Shown here in pieces: positions 1 through 8,963 of a stretch of 50,604 nt of DNA (positions are counted from its first letter, which is position 1; each line of letters opens with the position of its first letter). Source of the stretch: Candidatus Methanophagales archaeon (GTDB lineage Archaea; Halobacteriota; Syntropharchaeia; Alkanophagales; Methanospirareceae). The notes below the pieces were generated by a model. It was not told the DNA's origin and did not search any database. It saw only the letters and a list, made by a program, of their open reading frames with translations. The position numbers and the translations under genes are program-made. The stretch lies in contig WSZT01000036.1 of the NCBI GenBank assembly GCA_013139985.1, positions 1-50,604 of the forward strand, given 5' to 3'.

Positions 1-1
1 A

Positions 2-643
2 AAAGATATAGAGGAAGCAGAGAATAAGAGGAAGATAAAAGCAGTAATATTCGAGATCAATTCTCCCGGTGGGACGCCATTTGCATCTAAAGAGATAGCA
101 ACGTGTATAGAGAATATGGATAAGCCCGCGATAGCATGGGTAAGAGAATATGCAGCTTCGGGCGCTTATTGGATCGCAAGCGCATGCGATGAAATTGTAG
201 CCGATGAACTGAGCACAGTGGGTAGTATAGGCGCTATGAGTATAAGACCGGACATCAGCGAGTTGATGAAGAAATTTGGCATAGATATTAAGACGCTAAG
301 GACAGGTAGCTATAAGGGGCTGGGCCTACCGTATGAGAAGCCGACAGAAGAAGAGAGAGAGTTGATGAAGAAGGAATTGGGCGAGATTCAGGATAATTTC
401 CTGAACGCTGTAGTAAAGAACAGGAAGTTAGATGATGCGAAAATGAAGGAGTTGTCCACGGCGAAGGTGTATTTAGGACGAGAAGCAAAAGAGATGGGCT
501 TGATTGATCACCTCGGTGGGAAAGAACTGGCAATAAGGATAGCGAAGGAGCGTAGCGGGATAAGAAAAGAGAAGATAGTAGATTATGGCGAGCGGAAGAG
601 GAAAGGGCTTTTGAGAAGAGTGATGGAAGAGATGATGAGGTGA
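2..643 (+). CDS. sppA: Signal peptide peptidase SppA (S49), 5'-truncated by window edge
   Basis: Frame is open from base 2 (KDIEEAENKRKIKAVIFEINSPGG...). Contains NSPGG, AASGAYWIASACD and GSIG motifs of S49 peptidases. Confidence 0.9.
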   Translation, partial: KDIEEAENKRKIKAVIFEINSPGGTPFASKEIATCIENMDKPAIAWVREYAASGAYWIASACDEIVADELSTVGSIGAMSIRPDISELMKKFGIDIKTLRTGSYKGLGLPYEKPTEEERELMKKELGEIQDNFLNAVVKNRKLDDAKMKELSTAKVYLGREAKEMGLIDHLGGKELAIRIAKERSGIRKEKIVDYGERKRKGLLRRVMEEMMR

Positions 644-691
644 AATCTTTCTTAATTTTTTAACTATTAGATGATTATTATAGATTAAGAG

Positions 692-1303
692 ATGACAGAA
701 GAGGATCTAAAGAAGCAGGCAATGCAGTTCCGCGAATTGGTCGGTGATGACCTTTTCTGGTTCACCGTATCACAAAACGTCATGACGATGGAATCGGACA
801 GACAGAAATTTGAGCAGTTGGCACTCGCGATCTTAGAATATTTCGACTGCGATCGGTGCTGCAAGTGCTGTCGCGAGATGCCGATACATCTAAATGATGC
901 CGATTTAGAGCGTATATACCCGCTTGACGGTGCGGCCGTCTTTGATAAGATGGACGAGAACGAGGTAGACAACTACTTGAAGACACCATGCCCTTATTTA
1001 GACGGTGACGCATGCACAATTTACGATGCACGACCCACATCATGCCGAATGTTCCCCTTTGTCGTTATTCGCCCGGTTCCTACATTGCAATTATGCCCCC
1101 TGGGGAAGCGGATATTCGACTCTTTTAAAGCTTTAGCACGCAAGTATGGCAAAAAGGATTTGAAGGTGGAGTGGGAAGAAGGTGCTTCCGAAGCGACAGT
1201 GCATGATCACAAGGCAAACGCGGGAAAAAAAGCGGTCTATGTCGCGCTCCCTATACCTGTTCTGGAGAAGTTTTTAAAGTATCTGCGTGCGGAAAACAGG
1301 TAA
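692..1303 (+). CDS. YkgJ/FliB-like CxxCxxCC Fe-S/Zn cluster protein
   Basis: CDRCCKCC, CPYLDGDACTIYDARPTSCRMFPF and terminal CP motifs. Confidence 0.8.
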   Translation: MTEEDLKKQAMQFRELVGDDLFWFTVSQNVMTMESDRQKFEQLALAILEYFDCDRCCKCCREMPIHLNDADLERIYPLDGAAVFDKMDENEVDNYLKTPCPYLDGDACTIYDARPTSCRMFPFVVIRPVPTLQLCPLGKRIFDSFKALARKYGKKDLKVEWEEGASEATVHDHKANAGKKAVYVALPIPVLEKFLKYLRAENR

Positions 1304-1311
1304 TTGAAAAA

Positions 1312-1506
1312 TTAATCAACCAATCTAATTGCTCCTCTGGGACATACATCCACACAAGCTCTACAATTACTCCCGTTAGAATTATAACACTTGTTATAGT
1401 CTATTCTTGCTTTCTCTCCTACTATTCTAATTGCACTCGCTTCGCACACCTCTACACATTCTCCACATCCTGTGCACAGTTTCTGTTCAACTACCGGAAT
1501 TGTCAT
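1312..1506 (-). CDS. 2[4Fe-4S] ferredoxin
   Basis: CTGCGECVEVCE and C(x7)CRACVDVCPRGAI motifs, 64 aa. Confidence 0.85.
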   Translation of the reverse strand: MTIPVVEQKLCTGCGECVEVCEASAIRIVGEKARIDYNKCYNSNGSNCRACVDVCPRGAIRLVD

Positions 1507-1622
1507 TATCTATAATCTTATCACACGGAATATATATTCATAATGCCTCCTATCCCTTTTGGGTAGCAAGAGAAAATCGAAAATCATTTATACGCTGCTA
1601 CTCGATAGTACTCTGATTACTT

Positions 1623-2084
1623 ATGTCGCTTAATGAAATATTGGACGATATAATATCTAAGGAAGTGTACAAAGCTGAGAAAGTAGAAGCTGAACTATAC
1701 TATGCTTTTTTTAAATTACCAAAGGACACTATAGCTAAGATAGAATCAGATAAAGAGTTTAGGGAGAAATATAAAGAAAAAATAGGTGACGAATTTCAAA
1801 AACAAGGTTACGATGATTTAGAAGTACTTGAGATCAACCCTTCATCAAATACCCTAAAAGTTAGATATACCGGATATTATAGTGGCACAAAACAATATCC
1901 CGAAATCCATTTAAAAACGCTTTTAGTCTTCTATGAAGAAAGGGGTGATGATATACGAGCTCCAGCGGTTTTCGATGAAATTGTAGAGATGGCAAGATTG
2001 GACTTAGACGAAAAGGATAAAAAAGATTTAAAGGAAGAGAGACTCTATCATTTCGCTACTCTGTTTAAAGAAGCTATTTATTAG
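1623..2084 (+). CDS. Hypothetical protein (AT-rich, charged)
   Basis: 153-aa ORF with coding-like composition; no family recognised. Confidence 0.6.
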   Translation: MSLNEILDDIISKEVYKAEKVEAELYYAFFKLPKDTIAKIESDKEFREKYKEKIGDEFQKQGYDDLEVLEINPSSNTLKVRYTGYYSGTKQYPEIHLKTLLVFYEERGDDIRAPAVFDEIVEMARLDLDEKDKKDLKEERLYHFATLFKEAIY

Positions 2085-2251
2085 CTGTTCCTATAATCTG
2101 CCGACCATTTTTGCTCTCTCCTCGGTCCACGTCTCTCCCAGCTTCTCCCATTTTGTGGAAAGCAATAAACAAAGAACTGTTTTTCATAATCATCTTTATT
2201 TCACTACGAACTGGATAAATATATAATAGAACGTAATTATAGTATCTGTGT

Positions 2252-2704
2252 ATGAAAATGAACCGCAAGATTATGCCCCCTACCTATTTTATGGTTTTAT
2301 TAGTGTTATCCGTAGTATTGTATTTTGTTTTCCCAATTCAAAAATTAATTCCCTCGCCATACACTTATTTGGGCATTTTATTAATTCTTTTTGGATTCGT
2401 ATTGAATCTTAGGGCTGATGCGTTATTCAAAAAGAGTAAAACAACGGTAAAACCACATGAGACACCAACATCACTTGAAATTTCAGGTCCTTTTCGTATT
2501 AGTCGCCATCCCATGTATTTGGGTATGGCCGCAATTTTATTAGGTGTGGCGATTGTTGCGGGGTCTTTATTATCCTTCCTATTTCCTATAGTTTTTGTAC
2601 TTTTAATGGAATTACTCTTCATTCCGCTAGAGGAGAAGAACCTTGAGCAAGTATTTGGAACAGAATACCGGGATTATAAAAAGAAAGTCAGACGTTGGAT
2701 TTAA
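2252..2704 (+). CDS. Isoprenylcysteine carboxyl methyltransferase / PEMT-family membrane protein
   Basis: Hydrophobic helices, GPFRISRHPMYLG and EE..L...FG.EY..YKKKVRRWI motifs. Confidence 0.85.
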   Translation: MKMNRKIMPPTYFMVLLVLSVVLYFVFPIQKLIPSPYTYLGILLILFGFVLNLRADALFKKSKTTVKPHETPTSLEISGPFRISRHPMYLGMAAILLGVAIVAGSLLSFLFPIVFVLLMELLFIPLEEKNLEQVFGTEYRDYKKKVRRWI

Positions 2705-2772
2705 TTTAGATATATTTATTTATTTTATAAAACAATTAATTAACAAAGTAGTTATAGATTAAGTGATAGAAA

Positions 2773-3786
2773 ATGCGATTAATACTTCCACACCCCGGGC
2801 ATTTCTCCGCTTTGAAAGAGATAATAGCAAGTAAAGAATCCAAGGGTCTGAAAGATGTAAGGGAGGTCTACATGGCCGGCTCGCCGGAAGTGATGGGGAG
2901 CGGAAGAGCGACACTATATGCACCGCTAATCGAGGATATAAAAGAGCAAACGGCATATGCGCATCAGCACAATGTAAAGCTAAATATCGCTATGAATGCC
3001 TCTTGCTTTGGTGGTTATCATCTAACGTTTGAAGGCTATAAAATGTTCAAATGGTATTTCAACGAGCTTAATAAGGCAGGCGTTGATGGCGTTACGGTGG
3101 CCGAGCCATATCTCGTAGAGCTTCTGCGTGATTCCCCGCTGGAAACGGTAATCTCATGCGTGGCGCATGTCGATTCGCCGCAACGTGCTGAATTCTTCGA
3201 GGATCTTGGCGCGGATGCGATCACCGTGGATACAAACATAAACCGGAACTTTGAGGTCTTAGAAGCAATAACGAAAGCGGTTAACTGCGACATCAGGGTA
3301 ATTGTGAATGAAGGCTGTCTTTATAAGTGCCCATTTCGGCATGCACATTTCAACCTCTTCTCGCACATAACCGCGTCATCCCTGAATGCTCGAACCCAGC
3401 CCCTGAACACTTTTGGCGACTACTATTTTGACAAGTGCATTTCTATCCGGGTAAGGGACCCCGCGCAGATTATAAGGTCGCCGTGGATAAGACCGGAAGA
3501 CATGAAGGAATATGAAGCGATAGGCATAGAAGATTTTAAGATTTCTGGTAGAGCGAATGCGGTGAACTGGATAATAAATTGCATGGCTGCATATTCGAAG
3601 GGCACGTTCGACGGTAACCTGCTTGAACTCCTCGATTGCCCATCGGAACTCCGTTATATGTTCCAGATAGATAATAAACTCCTGGACGGTAGTATAAAGC
3701 AATGGAAGAACTGCAAAAAGATATGTAATGAATGCCACTACTGCGATGAACTAACAAACAAGGTGTTGAGAGTGATAGAAAAATGA
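2773..3786 (+). CDS. U32-family Fe-S protein (putative O2-independent hydroxylase), paralog 1
   Basis: U32 TIM-barrel hallmarks (AH..NVKLNIAMN, GVDGVTVAEPYL, FKISGR), Cys motifs NEGCLYKCPF, DKC, and C-terminal CKKICNECHYC. Confidence 0.85.
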   Translation: MRLILPHPGHFSALKEIIASKESKGLKDVREVYMAGSPEVMGSGRATLYAPLIEDIKEQTAYAHQHNVKLNIAMNASCFGGYHLTFEGYKMFKWYFNELNKAGVDGVTVAEPYLVELLRDSPLETVISCVAHVDSPQRAEFFEDLGADAITVDTNINRNFEVLEAITKAVNCDIRVIVNEGCLYKCPFRHAHFNLFSHITASSLNARTQPLNTFGDYYFDKCISIRVRDPAQIIRSPWIRPEDMKEYEAIGIEDFKISGRANAVNWIINCMAAYSKGTFDGNLLELLDCPSELRYMFQIDNKLLDGSIKQWKNCKKICNECHYCDELTNKVLRVIEK

Positions 3787-4151
3787 AAGAAGAAATAAGT
3801 GAAGGCAGACGGAAGCTCGAGAAAGAACTGCGGGCTTTAGTGGGGAACATCTTCGTGCCGGAAGCGAAGGTATTTGGGATGGCTTGTGGCTGCGTAGGTT
3901 TCGCAGTGGATCTGAGAGGACTGCATGGCGATGATGTGGCGGTGTTCAAGGAGAAGATAAATGCGGTCCTGGAAGAGATAAGTCTCTCGGTTGGTGTAAA
4001 GCCGGAGTTCTTGTATGCGAGGAAGCTACCAGGTAGCGAAGAAGTGGTCACGCTTACTTCGCGTGAATTATGCGAGCGATGCAAAAGCGAGTTCGCAGGC
4101 TCAAAAGCAGCCCCAAGACCTGATATAGTAGTATTAAAGAAGAAGCGGTGA
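3783..4151 (+). CDS. Small Cys-containing conserved archaeal protein (DUF5402-like)
   Basis: ATGA overlap with the U32 stop (coupled translation); ACGCVG and CERC motifs. Family name is from recollection. Confidence 0.6.
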   Translation: MKEEISEGRRKLEKELRALVGNIFVPEAKVFGMACGCVGFAVDLRGLHGDDVAVFKEKINAVLEEISLSVGVKPEFLYARKLPGSEEVVTLTSRELCERCKSEFAGSKAAPRPDIVVLKKKR

Positions 4152-4164
4152 CAAACAAAATATA

Positions 4165-4178
4165 GAAAAGTTTTTAAA
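4165..4178 (+). promoter_or_regulatory. Putative BRE-TATA promoter of atwA-atwA-mcrC
   Basis: GAAAAG-TTTTTAAA in the intergenic region; resembles the element upstream of mcrB. Confidence 0.45.
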
Positions 4179-4307
4179 GGGGTAAAAAAGAACGTTTAAC
4201 TATAACAGCAAAAACTTCACTTTTATGTGCTAGGGACGCACAAATTATGTTGTTTGTCCATTACAAGGATATGGCTATAGGCAAAGAAGGAGGGGGAAAA
4301 GAGCGCG

Positions 4308-5909
4308 ATGGGAGAAGAGAAAGAGGTATTTATAAAAGTTAAAGGCGTGAATAAGCAATTCGAGGATAAAAAAGTATTGAAGGACATAAATCTGGATATA
4401 AAAGAGATGGAGCCTTTAGGTTTGCTCGGTAAGAGTGGCGCCGGGAAATCGGTCTTACTCCGTATGCTCCGAGGCACAGAAGAATATGCGCCGGATAGTG
4501 GTGAGATAATTTTTAGGTTGGCCTATTGCCCTTCCTGTACGTGGATAGAGGGCCCAAGCAGGGTAGGCGATAAGTGTCCGAAATGTGGTACCGAGTTTGA
4601 ATTTAAGGAAGTGAATTTCTGGCAGGATACGAGTATGAAGAGGACAATGAAGAGTGCGATTGCGATCATGCTCCAGCGCAGTTTCGCCTTGTATAGTGAC
4701 GAAGGCGTCATCTGGAATGTAATAGAAGCATTGGAGCGGGCACGATATCCAAAGAGTAAGAGGATGAAGAAGGCATATGAAATCCTGGAATCCGTAAAGA
4801 TGTTGCACCGTGTAAATATGCCTGATACAAGAGACCTCAGTGGTGGCGAGAAACAGAGAATGGTGCTTGCGAGGCAATTGGCGCTGGCTCCGATTCTGCT
4901 TTTAGCCGATGAGCCCACAGGTACGTTAGATCATGAGACAGCAAAGGTGGTGCATCGCGCACTGATAGAGACCACAAGAGGTGGAACAACATTCCTCGTC
5001 ACTTCTCATTGGCCGTATGTGATTAGGGAATTGACAGAGGAAACAGCATGGTTCGATAAGGGCGAAATAATTGAATATGGCCCGACGGATGAAGTGGTGA
5101 CTCATTTTGAGGCTCAAGTAGGCGAAATAGAGCGTGATGATTTTAAAAAGTTCGGCGACCCGATGATAAGGATAGAAAACCTAAAGAAGTATTACTTATC
5201 GGCATCGCGAGGCGTTGTGAAGGCGGTGGATGATGTCTCGTTCGAGATAAATGAGAATGAGATATTTGGTGTTGTCGGGCATAGCGGTGCGGGAAAGACG
5301 AGTTTAATGAGGATTGTAAGCCATTTAGACCCGGGGTCAGGTGGTTCTGCGTGGATAAGAGTCGGGGACAGATGGTATGAGGCATCAAAGGAGGATGCTG
5401 GTACATTCATAGAGAATGGCGTAATTGTGGGTGGTACGACCGAATGGAAATCCCATTTTGTGGGTGTCTTACATCAAGAATATAGTCTGATTCCGAAACT
5501 CACGGCCTGGGATAACCTTACGCACGGTATTGGTCTCGATATGCCAGAGGACTTAGCAACGATGAAGGTAAACTTCATGCTAAAAGGAGTGGGATTCGAA
5601 GAAGAAGAAATAGCGGAGATACTACCAAAAACGCATGATGAACTGAGCGTGGGCGAGAAACAGCGGATACTTATTGCGCAATTACTGATGAAAGAGCCTA
5701 ATATCGCGGTCCTTGATGAGCCAACCGGGACAATGGATCCGGTAACAAAGAAATACGTTGCCGAGACGATAATAAAGGCGAGGGAGAATCTGGGTACAAC
5801 TTTCGTTATTGTTACTCATGACCTTGATTTCGCAGAGAAGGTATGTGATCGAGTAGCGAAGATGGAGAATGGGAAAATCATAGAGATAGAAGATTTAAGG
5901 TCGGGTTAA
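4308..5909 (+). CDS. atwA: Methyl-coenzyme M reductase system component A2 (dual ABC ATPase), paralog 1
   Basis: Two NBDs (GKSGAGKS, GHSGAGKT; LSGGE, LSVGE; DEPTG), Zn-site insert CPSC..CPKC, AIMLQRSFALY, TSHWP and GVVKAVD motifs. Confidence 0.92.
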   Translation: MGEEKEVFIKVKGVNKQFEDKKVLKDINLDIKEMEPLGLLGKSGAGKSVLLRMLRGTEEYAPDSGEIIFRLAYCPSCTWIEGPSRVGDKCPKCGTEFEFKEVNFWQDTSMKRTMKSAIAIMLQRSFALYSDEGVIWNVIEALERARYPKSKRMKKAYEILESVKMLHRVNMPDTRDLSGGEKQRMVLARQLALAPILLLADEPTGTLDHETAKVVHRALIETTRGGTTFLVTSHWPYVIRELTEETAWFDKGEIIEYGPTDEVVTHFEAQVGEIERDDFKKFGDPMIRIENLKKYYLSASRGVVKAVDDVSFEINENEIFGVVGHSGAGKTSLMRIVSHLDPGSGGSAWIRVGDRWYEASKEDAGTFIENGVIVGGTTEWKSHFVGVLHQEYSLIPKLTAWDNLTHGIGLDMPEDLATMKVNFMLKGVGFEEEEIAEILPKTHDELSVGEKQRILIAQLLMKEPNIAVLDEPTGTMDPVTKKYVAETIIKARENLGTTFVIVTHDLDFAEKVCDRVAKMENGKIIEIEDLRSG

Positions 5910-5977
5910 TTTCACACGGAAATTCTGTTTCCGTATATAGGAGCACAATAAAATATAATATGATGGGCGTGGAAGAA

Positions 5978-7588
5978 ATGGGAGAAAAAGGGGTAATAGT
6001 AAAACTACAGGATATATGTAAGGAATTCGAGGGGAAAGAAGTTCTGAAGAATGTGAGTGTAGATATAAAGGAAGGGGAGTCATTGGGTCTACTTGGACGG
6101 AGTGGCTCAGGGAAATCAGCGTTGCTTCACATGCTGCGAGGTACTGAAGAATACGCACCCACAAGTGGCGAAATAATCTTCAGAGTGGCTATGTGCCCTT
6201 CATGCGACTGGGTGGATGCACCGAGTAAAGCAGGTGAGGCGTGTAATAAGTGCGGAGCAAAATTAGAATTGAAGGAAGTGAATTACTGGAAGGACAAAGA
6301 AGGAAAGAAGAAAGTGAAAAGGGCTGTTGCGATCATGCTCCAACGTACTTTTGGGTTATACAGTGATGATACAGTCATGTATAACGTAATACAGGCACTG
6401 GAGAGTAGGGATTACCCAGCAGAGAAGAAGTTTAAACGAGCTTATGATCTGTTGAAGTCGGTTAGAATGCTGCATCGTATTACCTTCCCCGCAGTTAACC
6501 TTAGTGGCGGTGAGAAACAGCGGGTAGTGCTCGCAAGGCAACTTGCATTAGATCCTATCTTACTTCTAGCAGACGAGCCCACGGGGACATTAGACTTTGA
6601 GACCGCAAAACTCGTACACAAAGCGCTGTTAGATAGTATAAAGGCGGGGATGACTATGGTTGTTACTTCCCACTGGCCTTACGTTATTAAAGAACTGTCA
6701 GAAAAGACGTTATGGCTTGAAAACGGCGAAATGGTGAAATATGGCGATTCAAAGGCGGTGGTGGAAGAGTTTGAGAGTCAGGTGGGCAAGATAGAACGTG
6801 AAGAATATACCAAAATAGGCGAGCCGAAGATAAAGATAGACCATTGTAAGAAGTATTATTATTCCATGTGGCGAGGAATGGTAAAAGCAGTGGATGATGT
6901 CACACTAACAATAAATGAGGGTGAAATATTTGGTCTCGTAGGCAAGAGTGGATCGGGAAAGACAAGCTTATCGCGGATTATAGCTCAAGTAGATCCGCTA
7001 ACGGATGGCTCTGTTCAGATACGGGTAGGCGATAGGTGGATAGAAGTGGGACGGGTGGCGGAAACGGGTGTCTGGCTTGCCTGGGGTGCGACTACGGAGG
7101 GAATGGGCGAGCAAGCGGCAGCACGGGTGGTTATGCTACATCAGGAATACTCATTATATCCGGAACACACAATATTAGCGAATCTAACCTCCTGTATCGG
7201 TTTGAAGATGCCAGAAGAGCTTGGGCGGATGAAAGCGAAGTTTGTTCTGCAAGGGGTGGGATTCAGCGAAGAAACAACGGAGGAAATACTGCCAAAAACG
7301 CATAGTGAACTGAGCGTTGGAGAAAGACAGCGTATTGCTCTTGCTCAGGTAATAATGAAGGAACCTGCAATAGCCGTGCTTGATGAGCCAACAGGCACAA
7401 TGGACCCGATAACAAAGAAATTCGTTGCCGATTCTATAAGGGCGGCACGTGAAAACCTTGGGGTGACACTCTTAATTGTCACTCACGACACGGATTTCGC
7501 TTACGATGTCTGTGATAAGATAGCGCAGATGCAGAATGGCAAGATAACGGAGATAGAAGACTTGAAATATGGTACCGAGCAAAAATAA
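5978..7588 (+). CDS. atwA: Methyl-coenzyme M reductase system component A2, paralog 2
   Basis: Same architecture as paralog 1 ([21 protein letters not shown]). Start at 5978 chosen by alignment with paralog 1; ORF track start is 5960. Confidence 0.92.
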   Translation: MGEKGVIVKLQDICKEFEGKEVLKNVSVDIKEGESLGLLGRSGSGKSALLHMLRGTEEYAPTSGEIIFRVAMCPSCDWVDAPSKAGEACNKCGAKLELKEVNYWKDKEGKKKVKRAVAIMLQRTFGLYSDDTVMYNVIQALESRDYPAEKKFKRAYDLLKSVRMLHRITFPAVNLSGGEKQRVVLARQLALDPILLLADEPTGTLDFETAKLVHKALLDSIKAGMTMVVTSHWPYVIKELSEKTLWLENGEMVKYGDSKAVVEEFESQVGKIEREEYTKIGEPKIKIDHCKKYYYSMWRGMVKAVDDVTLTINEGEIFGLVGKSGSGKTSLSRIIAQVDPLTDGSVQIRVGDRWIEVGRVAETGVWLAWGATTEGMGEQAAARVVMLHQEYSLYPEHTILANLTSCIGLKMPEELGRMKAKFVLQGVGFSEETTEEILPKTHSELSVGERQRIALAQVIMKEPAIAVLDEPTGTMDPITKKFVADSIRAARENLGVTLLIVTHDTDFAYDVCDKIAQMQNGKITEIEDLKYGTEQK

Positions 7589-8208
7589 TGGCCGTTGGTA
7601 GAGAGACGCAGATGTTAGCCTGCAGGAAAGGGCAGGGGCTTGGGTTAGGTGGCGGTATTGCCCAGAGAGGTACATTTGCGAAAGCGTGGAAGAACGATGT
7701 AGTTGCGGTTGCGATGTCTCCGGGTACAAGGCACGTGCCAAAGCCGGTATGCGAGATAACCACGGAATTAAGGGGTAAAGGTGTATCTACCGGTGTACTA
7801 GTCTTGAATGCCGGTAATGGGACGCCGCGTGATGCACCAAGGACTGGTGGACATGGTTCAATTTTTGGATTGGAGCAAAAAGAGATAGATATAATCGGTG
7901 GGCATAAGCTTGCCGTATTACATCATGGCAACGTAAAAGAGCATTTCATCTATAAAGTGCGGCTCGAGTTGAGAAAGATCCCGATTTCTGCTATCATCCT
8001 TTGTCAAAGCCCGGTAACGTTTGAGGAGTTCGAGCAGGTAGGTGTAAGCACGAGGAATAAAGAGTGTGAAACGCCGGGTAAAGTCGTGGGTATTGTGAGT
8101 GACATTGTGAGGCGAGAGAGTGTTCCGCAAGATAAACTAGACGAAATCGTGAGCAAAGTGAGAATGTGCCTCAGGGAAATAGAAGAGAGTGAAGAAAAAA
8201 AAGCCTAA
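7588..8208 (+). CDS. mcrC: Methyl-coenzyme M reductase operon protein C
   Basis: GRETQ..CR.G.GLG.GGGIAQRGT, AMSPG.RH..KPVCEIT and LVLNAG.G.P motifs; overlaps the atwA2 stop. Confidence 0.93.
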   Translation: MAVGRETQMLACRKGQGLGLGGGIAQRGTFAKAWKNDVVAVAMSPGTRHVPKPVCEITTELRGKGVSTGVLVLNAGNGTPRDAPRTGGHGSIFGLEQKEIDIIGGHKLAVLHHGNVKEHFIYKVRLELRKIPISAIILCQSPVTFEEFEQVGVSTRNKECETPGKVVGIVSDIVRRESVPQDKLDEIVSKVRMCLREIEESEEKKA

Positions 8209-8322
8209 ATTGATACTAACGTTCTTTACGCATTGTTTGAACTTGATACAACAGATCAAACCAAGGTGGCAAGACGTTCAATTAGTAATATATCAGAACA
8301 TTTAGCGTGAGATAAATGTTCC

Positions 8323-8886
8323 ATGGACGAAAAGGAAATAGCACTGTTGTGGGATGAAGACACAGCTTTTAAGCGGTATCTTGTGAATATGGGTTTTAAT
8401 TGTGAACTAGTAACACCGATAGTCTTAGTTGCTCCTTTCTTTTCCCTTACTGGTTATAAATTGTTAATTGTACCCGCGGGATTTGGGAATGAGACATATT
8501 CAAAGATATTGGTAGGGCTCAGAGCAAAAAGTGAACACATAAAAGATTTTGTAGAGGCGGGGGGGACACTCTTTATATTCGGTGCGCTTTCAAATAAGGA
8601 GGTATATAACTGGCTCCCGGTAAAACTCAAATATGTGATGGAGGAGAGGCGGGTAAGAATATTAGTGGTGAAGAAGCATAAAGCAGCGATGATAGTGGAA
8701 AAAGAAGAATGCATGTGTGATGGCTACTTTACGGAGGTAGGAGAAGAAGGCGAGATATTTTTAAAGGAAGAGGGAGGGAAAGCGATTTTGGCTCTCGCGG
8801 AATACGGAGCTGGTGCTATTATTGCTACAACAATCCATGAATATCCATCCAGGGAATTTATAGCGTATTGTGTGGGGAGAAGATAA
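8323..8886 (+). CDS. Conserved hypothetical protein (class I glutamine amidotransferase-like fold)
   Basis: LIVPAGFGN..YS, FVEAGGTLFIFGA and TTIHEYPS; resembles a conserved Methanomicrobia family. Confidence 0.6.
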   Translation: MDEKEIALLWDEDTAFKRYLVNMGFNCELVTPIVLVAPFFSLTGYKLLIVPAGFGNETYSKILVGLRAKSEHIKDFVEAGGTLFIFGALSNKEVYNWLPVKLKYVMEERRVRILVVKKHKAAMIVEKEECMCDGYFTEVGEEGEIFLKEEGGKAILALAEYGAGAIIATTIHEYPSREFIAYCVGRR

Positions 8887-8963
8887 TTGTATCTAATACG
8901 AACATATATCCATAAGCAAACATAAAAGTTATAAAGTCGCTATGTATAAGGGGGGGAGATATT

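Noticed and set aside
2773-3786. Collagenase/protease function implied by the 'peptidase U32' name
   Set aside because: Characterised family members are Fe-S hydroxylation factors; the conserved Cys clusters and lack of a signal peptide fit that better.
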